Below, in pieces: positions 24,501 to 36,400 of a stretch of DNA of 64,000 nt. The stretch is from Hydrurus foetidus (lineage: Eukaryota). Position 1 is the first letter of the stretch. The number at the start of each line of letters is the position of its first letter. Where the stretch lies: the NCBI GenBank assembly GCA_900617105.1, contig UYFQ01000018.1, forward strand, positions 1 through 64,000, given 5' to 3'. A program made the translations under genes and the position numbers. The notes beneath the pieces are model-generated. The model made no database searches. It was not told the origin of the DNA and saw only the letters and a program-made list of their open reading frames with translations.

Positions 24501-27500
24501 TGTGCTCACACTCGACCCTACCGCCCAGTACACATTCTTCGATAATGCTCCATTCTTCAGAATGACCGAAGAGTCATCGCCAGTGCTCAAGGTAGTTGTT
24601 GTCTGGAATATCCACATTGATGTCGAGATATTGCGCCCGTCGAGAGTGAAGTAGGCGAGCTTCGCTATCGTCAACACCGTCCCAGAGCAGTACACGCCAG
24701 GCAACAGTGTCAGACCGGATAGCTCAGTATTCGAGAGATAGTTCTGACAGTACGCTGTAGATGCTGCATTGTAGGCAATTGAGCTGTCCAGCGCACAGCC
24801 CGCTGCTGATACAGTGCTCACCTGTGCAGTGCCCTTGGTGAGAGAGTAGTTGCCGGAGATGAGAGTAGTCGCACCGGGCGACACGCCTATCGAGCCGCTG
24901 GTTATCACTGACCTGCCTGAGCCGTATGTGAGAGTAGTGCCCGCCATGGTAGAGAAGAAGGCACATCGACCAACTGTCATGTTCACCTTTGTCGAGCTAG
25001 CAGACAGACTAACCAAAGACCCTCCAATAAAACTGATGCTAGTCGTTGCGATGCCTCTACCCCTCAGAGTTGATTGTGCACCGAATGCGAGTGCCGTTGT
25101 CGCCAAGATCTGTCCGACGAAGAAGCTGGACGCGCCTATCGTCGCTGCTGTGCCGATGGACCAGTAGACGTTAGAGGCGAGAGCTTTGTTCTTTAGGGAG
25201 ACGAGGGAGTACTGATAGGTGATGAGGGTAGTAGAGGCTTGGAAGATCCATACGGATGACGATATGTTCCTGCCATCGAGGATGAGCTGTCCAAAGGCGG
25301 CAATTGTTAAGGTACCGGGTGTTGTGCAGTATACACCAGGATACAGAACTTTGCCTGATAGTTCTGCTGTGTTAAAGAGCTTGGTACATGTTTTGCTTGA
25401 TGCGGCATTTGTTGCGATTATGCGATCAGCAGCGCATTGATTGCAACCAATTTTAGGTTGCACGGTGCCTGAATTTAGTCGATAAGATCCAGATACAGCA
25501 CCGCCTGATGATGATCCGACAGATCCAACAGTAACGATTGAGAGGACAGAGCTAAAAGTGAGTGTCGTCCCAGAAAGCAGGGCAAAGTTGCTGCATCCTC
25601 CGAGATAGACATGTATGCTGGGATACACCACGATTGACGTTCCGTTCGGTAGACCGAATGACGCATATCCACTTACACCTACCGCTCCCAGAGACAGTGC
25701 TCGTCCATCCAACGTTGAGTACGACCCAAATGACATCGACGAGTATGTCATTATGTTGCCAACTAAAAACGTCGCGTACCCTGTGCTCACACTCGACCCT
25801 ACCGCCCAGTACACATTTTTCGATAATGCTCCGTTCTTCAGAATGACCGAAGAGTCATCGCCAGTGCTCAAGGTAGTTGTTGTCTGGAATATCCACATTG
25901 ATGTCGAGATATTGCGCCCGTCGAGAGTGAAGTAGGCGAGCTTCGCTATCGTCAACACCGTCCCAGAGCAGTACACGCCAGGCAACAGTGTCAGACCGGA
26001 TAGCTCAGTATTCGAGAGATAGTTCTGACAGTACGCTGTAGATGCTGCATTGTAGGCAATTGAGCTGTCCAGCGCACAGCCCGCTGCTGATACAGTGCTC
26101 ACCTGTGCAGTGCCCTTGGTGAGAGAGTAGTTGCCGGAGATGAGAGTAGTCGCGCCGGGCGACACGCCTATCGAGCCGCTGGTTATCACTGACCTGCCTG
26201 AGCCGTATGTGAGAGTAGTGCCCGCCATGGTAGAGAAGAAGGCACATCGACCAACTGTCATGTTCACCTTTGTCGAGCTAGCAGACAGACTAACCAAAGA
26301 ACCGCCGCTGAATGTCACTGTCGTCATCGCCAATGCTCTGCCATTCAAGATTGATTGTGCACCGAATGCGAGTGCCGTTGTCGCCAAGATCTGTCCGACG
26401 AAGAAGCTGGACGCGCCTATCGTTGCTGCTGTGCCGATGGACCAGTAGACGTTAGAGGCGAGAGCTTTGTTCTTTAGAGAGACGAGGGAGTACTGATAGG
26501 TGATGAGGGTAGTAGAGGCTTGGAAGATCCATACGGATGACGATATGTTCCTGCCATCAAGGATGAGCTGTCCAAAGGCGGCGATTGTAAATGTCCCACT
26601 GCAATACACGCCAGGAATTAAGGTCTGACCAGAGAGCTCAACTCCAGATGCGATGGTGCAAATTGCTGAACTGGTCACAGAGGACGCAAGCTTTAAGTCA
26701 GCGGTGCATTGAGTTGATAAGGTGGATGTCAATTCCGTAGTACCCGAACCAAGATAGTAATTTCCTGTGACACTCTTTGTTGTCGATGACCCGACAGATC
26801 CAGTGGAGACAACAGTCAGTAGAGGACTGAACGTCATTGTTGTACCAGCTAAAATGGCGAACTTTCGACAGCTCCCGAGATAAATGTGCAGCGCTGGATA
26901 TATAATAGCCGATGTCCCATTTGGCAACCCGAATAAGGAATACCCGACTACAGTCAAATCTCCTAAAGACAGCACTCTCCCATCAATCGTTGCATACGCA
27001 CCAACAGTGACGCTTGAGTATGCGAGTAAGTTACCAACGAAGAAAGAAGCGTATCCGAGACTAGCACTAGAACCCACGACCCAAAACACATTCTTGGACA
27101 AAGCGCCATTCTTCAATATAATCGACGAATCAGATCCTGTGACTAGTCCAGGTGTTGAAGTCATAATATTTGCCTGGAATATCCAGATTGACGAGGTAAC
27201 GAATTGTGCATCCAGAGTGAAGTACGCTAGCTGAGCGATGGACAATGTCCCGGTGCTCGAGCAGTACACCGCAGGTGTCAATATGAGCCCAGAAAGATCT
27301 CCTGTAACAAGGTAATGCCCGCAGGTAGTAGTTGAGATGGAGTTGTAAGCATCTGCTAAATCTCTCGGACAGTTAGAAGAAGATATCGCTGTCCCCGATA
27401 TCAGGGTGTAATTCCCCGTAATGCTGACGCCTGCAGGAATACTAATTGAACCGCCAGATATGGTCGATCTACCAAATCCGAACGCCAGAGATGTGCTTCC

Positions 27501-29471
27501 AAACAATGTGTAATTACGGCATGAGCCAATAGAGGTGTTTGTCCTGTCTATAGTTGCGGCAAGACTGACGTAAGACCCGCTATCGAAAGCTACACTAGTT
27601 GTCGCAAATGCACGGCCCGCCAGCACAGATTGTGCTCCAAGTTCAATTGATGTCGCCGTGAAGATTTGACCAACGAAAAAACTCGAGGCGCCAATTGTAG
27701 CGGCACTACCAATGGCCCAGAAGACATTGGCACCCAACGCCCCGTTCTTAAGCACTATGGAGGAATGTGGGCTAGTGATAATCGTTGTTGACGTTTGAAA
27801 TATCCAGACGGAATTTGTACTGTTTCCACCGTCCAATACAACCTTTCCCCATCCAGCTATCGTCATTGTCCCGCTGCAATAAACCCCAGGATTTAGAATT
27901 TTACCTGACAGCTCTGGAGAGGCCAACTTATTGGTGCATGACTTTGATGATGCTGCTGCATTCGCTGTAGCGGAGTCAGAGGCGCACTGCAAATATGCTG
28001 ATTTAGTGAGCTGTGTGGTCCCTGACGTGAGTTGATAATTGCCAGTGATGGCTCCACCAGATGTAGAAGCAATAGAACCGCTTGCTATCAGGGTAAGCGC
28101 TCCCGTGAAAGCAATCGTTGTGCCTGCTGTGATGGCATAGTGCGAACAACTGTTGATGTAGACATGTAGCTTTGGATATGTCGCCGTTGTGGTACCATTC
28201 GGTATATGAAGGGAGGAGTATCCAGCAAAGGTAATAGCCGTCATCGACAGTGCTCGCCCATCGAGGATGGTGTTGGATGCAAATGATATTGACGTGACTG
28301 CGAAGATATTGCCCACGAAATATGAGGCATAGCCGAGATTGACAGCTGTATTGACCGCCCAGTACACATTCTTGGATAGCGCGCCGCTCCTAAGAATGAT
28401 GGAGGAGTCAGCAGCTGTGGACAGTCCAGGTGTCGCAGAACTGGACATTTGAAATATCCAAACGGCCCCAGCCACATTTTGAGCATCCAAAGTGACGTAG
28501 GACATCTGCGCAATTGTAAAGACTCCAGGGGCAGAGCAGTAAACCCCAGGTACTAAAACCAATCCGGATAACTCAGCAACAGACAAATAGTTCTGACAAC
28601 TTGCAGTCGAGGCTGTATTGTAGGCTGTAGTGAAGCTACCGGTGCATGCTGCCGCTGTTTTAGTTCCTGTTTGGACTGTTCCGGTGCTGAGTGAATAATT
28701 GCCGGAGATAGCAGCGTTGCCAGGATATGTTCCAATCGAGCCTGTGTATATAACAGATCCACCTGACCCGAAGGAAAGAGTTGTCCCCGCTAAAGTTGAA
28801 AAGCTTGCACACTTACCCAACGACACATTGGCCGGCTTCGATGTATAAGAATAGTCAACTAGTGCGCCACTTTGGAATGTAACAGCTGCTTGTGCAAGCG
28901 CTCGACCCCCAAGAAGAACGGAGGGATTCACCGTTATCGACGCTTGGGCTAGTATTTGGCCAACAAAAGTGCTTGAGTAGTCAAGAGTAGCGCTTGAGCC
29001 AACAGCCCAGTAAACATTCGCAGCTTGAGCACCGTTGTGCAAGATGACTGCAGAGTGAAAGCCAGTACTGACGGTCGACCCCGCCTTGAAAATCCATTGT
29101 GAGTTGGTAATATTCTTCGCATCCAAATAGATATTTGTCCAAGGGGCTATGGAAAAAGTTCCGCTGCAGTATACGCCAGGCGTAAGGGTCCCAGTTAAGG
29201 CGGCCGCAACTTTGTAAGTGCATGCGGCACTGGATGCTTGACCGTATGCTGATATTACATCAGCAGAGCATTGAGTTGCTCGAGATGTCGCACGTTCAAC
29301 AGTACCATTAAGAATTTTGTAGGATCCTGTTATGGCTGTTCCCGGAGAATTTCCAACAGACCCTTGCCTGACTACCGTCAAAGCTAAGCTGAAGAGTATC
29401 GAACTTCCTGCTTGAACTGCGAAATTTGAGCAGCTTCCTAGGTTTACTACGGCAGTCCCTGAAGAGGACAT
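9579..29471 (-). CDS. Giant (~6,500 aa) predicted membrane-anchored multi-DUF3494 ice-binding-like protein with a (PTGQ)n stalk; exons ~29471-12120, 11995-11372, 11164-9579; 5' end unresolved; many frameshifts within the repeat
   Basis: Ten DUF3494-type domains run into a continuous PTGQ minisatellite down to 12120. Phase-1 GT..AG introns at 12119-11996 and 11371-11165 join the 219-aa and 510-aa ORFs in frame. Hydrophobic helix [22 protein letters not shown] lies at 10886-10821. Confidence 0.8.
11197..11250. repeat. (GTGA)n microsatellite in an intron of the giant gene
   Basis: Direct reading; lies within intron 11165-11371. Confidence 0.95.
12121..23084 (-). repeat. Coding 12-bp minisatellite (~910 units) encoding (P-T/S-G/S-Q)n, a mucin-like stalk
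   Basis: Units such as CCGACAGGACAG and CCAACTGGTCAA repeat over ~10.96 kb. Variation falls mainly at third codon positions, indicating the PTGQ frame is the selected one. Confidence 0.97.
23085..29450 (-). other. Array of 10 tandem DUF3494 (IBP-1, ice-binding-like) domains, ~210 aa each
   Basis: Each unit has the family pattern LG...FA.LAG...G..G.SPG...TG...A...D...AY...L.G.TL.PGVY...LTLD....WIFQ....L.T...S...L.NGA...NV.W.VGSSAT.G..S.F.G.ILA..SIT......GRALA. Ten units counted from their GVYC/AVYC, WIFQ/WIFK and NV.W motifs. Confidence 0.92.
24301..26588. repeat. Near-identical internal duplication, 1281-bp period (domains 5/6 versus 7/8)
   Basis: 24301-25019 matches 25582-26300, and 25070-25307 matches 26351-26588. 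Domains 6 and 8 are identical in translation. Confidence 0.95.
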
Positions 29472-30006
29472 GAGAGAAATTTCTCACGTAATTCGTATCA
29501 TGTCAATAATTCCTATCGACTGTCACCTATGGCACTCATTAAATTTCTTGTTGAAGCGAGTAGGTCCTGACGAAGTCCGAACAGTCATCGTGAGACCAGA
29601 GACATTCTGTCGATGTCGATGGAGACCGTTGCCAACAAGTACCAACGAACGAATGAAAATGAAAAAAAACGAACGCACGCGTGAACCGAGGGAACGTACA
29701 GTACCATCGAACGAGCAAGGGGGTATTTTAAAAGGAGAGGGTATTTTATAATCAATTCAAAACCTTTAGATCCGTCTCTCTCACTGACTAGAGATCCTTG
29801 AATTCAAGAACAATAAATCGAGTTTTCAAGAATGCCCTACCCTATAAAGACATTCGACATTCAATTATCTTGTAATTTCTGATTGATCTTCGGTTTACCA
29901 AGGAACTAGATCAAAATTAGGGGTGGAAGCGGAGTCCAAGATGAAATCTTCAGAAAAGAAGTCACTGGATTCCAAGCGTAGCCCTTCAATTATTGGCTTG
30001 AGTTAT

Positions 30007-30166
30007 TAGAGTGTATGCGCACCGGAAATTCCGGCGAAATATCCCATCAATTTCCGGGGATTTTCACTTTGGTACCGCTCTGCCGGCGAATCTCCGCCCA
30101 GATTCTCAAATCTCCGACGCATTTCTGAAAAGTGATCCCGGAAATTTCCGGAGCGCATACACTCTA
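30007..30166. mobile_element. ~160-bp MITE-like element with ~28-bp terminal inverted repeats, possibly with a TA target duplication
   Basis: Left tagagtgtatgcgcaccggaaattccgg and right ccggaaatttccggagcgcatacactcta are reverse complements with one mismatch and one indel. Confidence 0.75.
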
Positions 30167-30800
30167 TTCATCTCAATATGTATTGATTGATTATGTAACA
30201 GAATACACCCCCATCTTCTTCGCCATATTATGCTTCACCGCATATTGAACCACGCACATTTTCTAGGCCCTGGTGGATCGAGCAGTCAAAAGCTAAGACA
30301 AAGACTAGTTGATTGCAAAAAAATCTACGAGAGCAAACATTCAAAAATTCGAAACTTTTGAAGATTGATGAGTTAACTCATTCGTATAAAAACATCAGAT
30401 ATTTGCAAGGTAACTGTTGATACAAATCTGTATAGCGCATTTTTGATTTTTGACCATAAAAACTACAGAATAGGAGCTAAAATATCAAAATCTTGCAAGT
30501 ACGTCACACCCTGTTGGGACAGTAGATTAACCGGATAAAATAACTGGAAATCACAAGCACACGGCATATCCGGCAGTTACGGTCATTTCGTTCTGCAAGC
30601 TGCAAGCAAGGGCATGGCCACATGAAACAGATCTATCCCGTCTCTTCTGTCGAACTTTTCTTCGTCGATTAAATCGGTCTTGATAGCGTGATGTGGAAGG
30701 TGCTGTTCCCATCTGCATCAGCTATTGCCATCAGGGACCGCTGATGTTGAAAGAGAGCTGTAGTTTTGCGATGACCCATCGATGCTCCACTTACAATCTC

Positions 30801-32469
30801 ATGAGAGACCTATTGACTTGCGGACTTGTTCTTGGTATTCACTCATTATTTGCTTTGACTAGTGCACAGTCTACAGAGAAGAAGACACCCACTGAAATTG
30901 AGCTGTCAAAATCTTTAGCATTCAGCGCTGGCGTTTATCGAGACTCTTCTAATCCCTTGCTGAAGAAAACGGTTGTAATTACAGGATGCAATCATGGCTA
31001 CCTTCCTTTCCTGAATAATTTCAAATGCTTCATTGACAGACTCAACATGAAGGTGCTTGTATTCTCTATGGATCTTAGAACTCATATGCATGTTCAGCAC
31101 AGAATGAACTCTTCTATAAAGAGTTTCCACTGGGTAGGAAGGAATGTAATTTCCGAAGAATCTGCTGATTTCCGATCGGAACAATTCAATTTAATAACTC
31201 ATTCTAAAACGAGCTATACACAAATGGTGCTCTCTCTGGGCTACGACGTTCTCTTTATTGATCTCGATATTGCGTTAGTCCGAGATCCATTGCCATATAT
31301 CATATGGCGAAATGTCGACTATGTTTTCACTCACAACAAAATATGCCCACAGTGAGTCTATTCAACTATGTTTCTAACTTCTGTGATCAATTTGCGACAT
31401 GAGCTGATCAATAAAGTCATAATATTGTCATCATTTTACAGGTTTAAAGAGTGGAATTTCTTCAAGTCAGAGGAAGAAGGTAATACAGGTTTCTATCACG
31501 TTAGGAGCAATCCGAAGACGATCAAGCTATGGGCCGATGTTGTTACAAGATCACAATTGCCAGAGTAAGTTCATGTTCTTTCTGATATTCACAACGCTCT
31601 TATAAATTGGTCTGTACCTTTCAGTAATACTAATTTGGGTGGTAATTATCGGTAAGCAAACGGGACGAAATCGGAGCGAATCTGTAAGCTCTAGATTCAG
31701 AACCCCGACTTTTATCCCTTCACCTAATATGAATGTTGCTTCATCTGATTCCTATTCTACAATTTGCATCAATTTAGCTAAGTCAATAACAACATTTTAT
31801 ATTTATTAATTTTCTGCGTAGACTGAAGAAGCTTGATGACCAGAGTGTATTCTGGATTCAAATAAGAAACTCTTCCGATCCAATTATACACCCGATGGAC
31901 CGATGTGATCACTACAACAGTACAGAGCTCTCTTCATCGCATCTTATCGCCTGCCCCTTGGATGGATGCATGTTCAGTGCGGGAGGACTGAGAGGAGTGG
32001 CTTACACTTGGATTGTGGAAAATCTTAGGAAGTAAGCCGAATGAATATCACATAGACACTTAAGAATATTGATTTTGTAATTCTTAAAATATTGTTACCG
32101 GAGTCCGTATATTTCCTTTTAATTGTTGATTTCCCTAAATGATAATTCAATCAGAGAAGCAGTCTAGTATTAGTGATACATGATACATCACATTGATTCA
32201 ACTTATGTTTTGATATGGCACTTCTTCATGTATTTATCATAGGAGTCTTTTACAGTGTTATGCATCGATAATTAATGTGTGTAATGATACTGCGCATCCA
32301 TTATTTACTGTCACAATATATCACGTATGTTCCTAGGGATGGCACGAAAGCTGTCGCTTTTCATGCGAACTATCGATCTGGAATGAATTTAAAAATAACG
32401 GATTTAAAAACTCACGGATTATGGATTTACCATGACGGAAAATGCCACAATTATGAGCCCTTAATCTGA
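30801..32469 (+). CDS. Nucleotide-diphospho-sugar transferase (Nucleotid_trans/GT77-like); exons ~30801-31351, 31442-31564, 31822-32031, 32337-32469
   Basis: GYDVLFIDLDIALVRDP, NTGFYHVRSN..TIKLW, DDQSVFW and FHANY....KI..LK..GLW. Three phase-2 GT..AG introns join in frame. Start could alternatively be the ATG at 30771. Confidence 0.85.
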
Positions 32470-33486
32470 TCTAGCATCAAATCAACTTCAACTTCTATCC
32501 TAGCTCCTTTTTCTCTTTCACGTTTACTTATAAATTTTTGATTGAAGCGATCTTCTATACTTCAATTCTTTTCTGTTCCAGTAGCGGTGGATATCTTTTT
32601 TGCTTTTAAAATGAAGTGATCATTCTGCACTACATATTTTTACAACTTACATCACACAAAACGTAATTAGTTTTTGAGTTATATAAAATTATGCGTTGGG
32701 TTGCTCAACTTTACGTCACAGCAATAAAGGGTTTACGGTTTATTAATATTAACAACTGCATAATACGACCAAAAGAATCTCAATTTATTGAACAAATTTC
32801 TCAGTTAGATTTGCAAACACGGCAGGGGCAGAAAGCGAATATGGCCGTAAGATTACTATCACTGCTTTCTGCAGTGGTTTAAATGGCACTTGCTGATATG
32901 CGACTGTACCGCTCTATTGTACATACAACCTGAGATAGATTTCATTTGTAATTATAAAAATCTCAATAGTAAGCATCATTGCAACACTTCTTCATATCTA
33001 GAAGATGTTCATGTCAAACAAATTTCGTCGATGAATGAAATTCTTCATGACATATTTCATGCTGAACAGAATTGGGAATGCTATCACGTCTTTAATAGGT
33101 CATGGCAACCTACTAGTAGTCAAAGTTTTAGTCTAAAAATGTCCTCGAAAACGTCAACTTCTTATCACTTCTTATCATACGGTATGACAAAGCATTGAAC
33201 TGAAATCTGAAATCATTCTGCTGAAAAAGGAAAACGTACCCCCCTTCCCATCCGTGCTTGACGTCATCCGTCATCATCCGTCATCAAGGCCGGCCCGCCC
33301 CTCTCTTGCTCTCTCTGTCGTCTCTCTCTCTGTCAAATCGAAATCGAAATGCAACAATGCAACGAAACTAAATCAACTCTCCTCCTTTCTGCGACTCTAC
33401 AGTTCAGTTGTTCAATTGAATCCATCAAGTAGATACGTCAAGCAGATCATTTGCTGCCATCAGCTTTCCATTAGGGATTTTTGAAT

Positions 33487-36400
33487 ATGTCCCTCTTCCT
33501 GGTTGCACTGCTGATTGCAGCAAACAATGACTGTGCATCATCTTACAAACCCATGATACCGAAGTTCATCAGCTCGAAGCTAGACAGTATACAAGCTCAG
33601 TCTTCTAAGTTTGGAAAAGTTTTTGGTTCGATCGTAATCGCAGCCACTTTGGCGAATTTACCTCTCGGAATTGATCAAGCAAACGCTGTCGATCGTTACA
33701 ACAATAAGTTGAACGCGCCAACAGCCATAGGAACACGAGTAAATTCTGATGCAGAATCGCTTTTACGATATGGTGAGCTTGCCAATGGGTAGCTTTTCTC
33801 ATCGTGATGACGAGATATGTATGACTGACGTAAATTCTTAACAGAATTATGGTACCTGAAGTGGATGCATTCAAGAGAAATTCTTTTCAATATTCCCTTA
33901 TGATTTGATGTCGTACGAATGACTTCTTGCTTTTCTTAATCGCCTAATATGCATATTTTACTACCACATACAGGATTGCCTATTCCCAATGATGCTGACG
34001 TTCGTGAAATTCAGAACAGTGTCGAGACATGCAAGAATAATTTAAAAACAAGAAGAATTAATTTTGCCCAAGGTGACATCAAGAATGTCAAAGCCCTTCT
34101 CGATAAGAATGGCGATAAGCTGCTGAAGCAAATGTCTCCTAAGAGACTTAAAGTTGCCACAGAATCACTCGCAAGATTGAAGGTACAACTCATCAATAAA
34201 CGGTAAACCATAAATAAGTTCAATCCATCCAAATTATATCATTTGCCTCCCAAATTGCAAATAGCACCGATGTAGATTTACTCTAATATCAAGATACAAA
34301 TCAATTAGAAATCCCTTTCTTTCATCAACACTCATCAGTCCTCATCAATTGTTCAATTTTTACTGAAAACCCCTCTATTTCATGAATCCTAAGCAATTGT
34401 TCTGTTTTTTCTGCATGCGAACTTACGTACTTATTTCTCAGGAAGATATTGTGGCCCTTGAGGGAGCAATGTCTGCTACCATCGCATCTGGAGCAGGTAA
34501 ACATTATTATGATTGACTGCCTTATTTGAATACATGGTAACATAGATATGTCTCCTGATGAATAGTAGTAATGTTGATGAAAATACAAAATGTTGATGAA
34601 ATTACAAAATGTTGATAAAAATACAAAATACAGTTCTTTTTAATAGCTCAAGGTAATGTAGCTGACAAAATCATATTGCATCAGATAGTAAGAAATAGAC
34701 GAGAAGTTAACTTTGCATTTATCAGTAACGGACACTTCCGTACTTACGGTCAATAAAAGCAATTAAAATCTGGGACATTATTCCTAATGACGCATCAGTG
34801 TGTGTATGATTAAAAAGCGATCATCTGCCTATCCCAAAACCACATCCAGATTATTATTTTTTTCTGTTCACAAGAATTTTTTCGCCACATATTTCTCCAC
34901 ACCTGTAAACTATTTTATTAATCCTGTTTTAGAGATAGAGCGAATAAGATCATGAAATGCGTAACAACATTTTCGTATTAAAAGTTGCATTCAATATTGA
35001 CCAGAAAGCAACGGAATCAGATGCGAAGTATCTATATTAAATGATAATTCTTACTATAAAAAACTTCAACACAAAAGTTTAACTCATGCGTACGTACGTG
35101 TCATTCGCAGGATCCGTACAGGAGAAGGCGTATTTAGATGCCTCTAATGTCGCGCAGAAACAGCTGTCTGCTGAACTCAGTAACTTCGAAGAGTTAATGG
35201 TGCCAGCGGATTTCAAAAGGACAATCCCAGCTGAGTACAACAGTCTACCAAGACTATCAGGTATGTGTGTTTGAGAGAGAGAGTGTGTGTGTGTATGAGG
35301 AAGGAAGAAAGAGAGAGTGTGTGTGTGTGTGTGTGTACGTGAGGAAGGAAGAAAGAGAGATAGTGTGTGTGTATGTGAGGAAGGAAGAAAGAGAGAGACA
35401 GACAGAGATTGTGTGTGATGTACGTATTGTGATACTTTCTAGTACAACGCTATGCACTTTGTTTTGTGTGATGTTAAATCGTGTGGTAAAGATTATTGCG
35501 TTACAGTGCCATATTGTATAGTGTGGTGAGGTTTGTTGTAGTACGAGGTGGTGTGACATAATATGGTGCTAAGTAGTCTAGTCCATTATGTGCTAAGTGT
35601 GTTGTGATGCAGCCCGTAGAGTTGAATCTGTACAGCGCAGTGCCCTGTAACAAAATTAAGCGTGCTAGTTCCCAACAGCATTGTAACGATGTAGCAAAAG
35701 AGCGCCATGCAGTGCAGTGCAGTGCTGTGCAGTGTATCTTGATAATGTGGAAATAAGTGCGGTAGTACGAAGGTAGTCACATTCAATTAGACTAAGTGAC
35801 GAGCTTGGAGAATCGGATGGCAAATCAGGACGGCAAAATCGTGAAACTTCCCCCAGATTGTGAATACACGTCCACGCATTATGCTTACTCTGCGGAGTCA
35901 TCAATTTGATACAGCTTTCATCTAACAATCTGAAATGGCATTTATTATTATTATCATTATTATCAACAGGCCGTGCGGAAGTCGCGATGACTTTCAAGAA
36001 AGCGGACGGCTCCCAGTACGACGTAGACGGCAAGCTGTACGACCAGGTGGATATCCGCATGGTGATTGACGGCTACAATGCACCTCTGACTGGAGGCAAC
36101 TTCGTTGATCTCATTGACAAGGTGAGTTACGGTAGGATACGGTGAAATGCGGTTGGATATATCATCTGTTGTTGCGGTCACGATCGAATGGAAAATGTCC
36201 TCTTGCGTTCAGAAATGAATGGTCATACCATTACCACATCTATTCACCCCTCTCCTCCTCTCTAACACACCCATTCCATCTCCCCTCCACCCCTTTCCCT
36301 CTCCCAATTCCTACCCCCAACCGAAAGGGCTACTACACCAAGAAGCCTATCAACAGAGCGGACGGATTCGTCGTACAGATGGGGGACGCTGACCCGGCCG

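Noticed and set aside
23085..29471. Bacterial contamination as the source of the DUF3494 array
   Set aside because: Contiguous with spliceosomal-intron exons, rich in N-glycosylation sequons, and flanked by eukaryotic genes.
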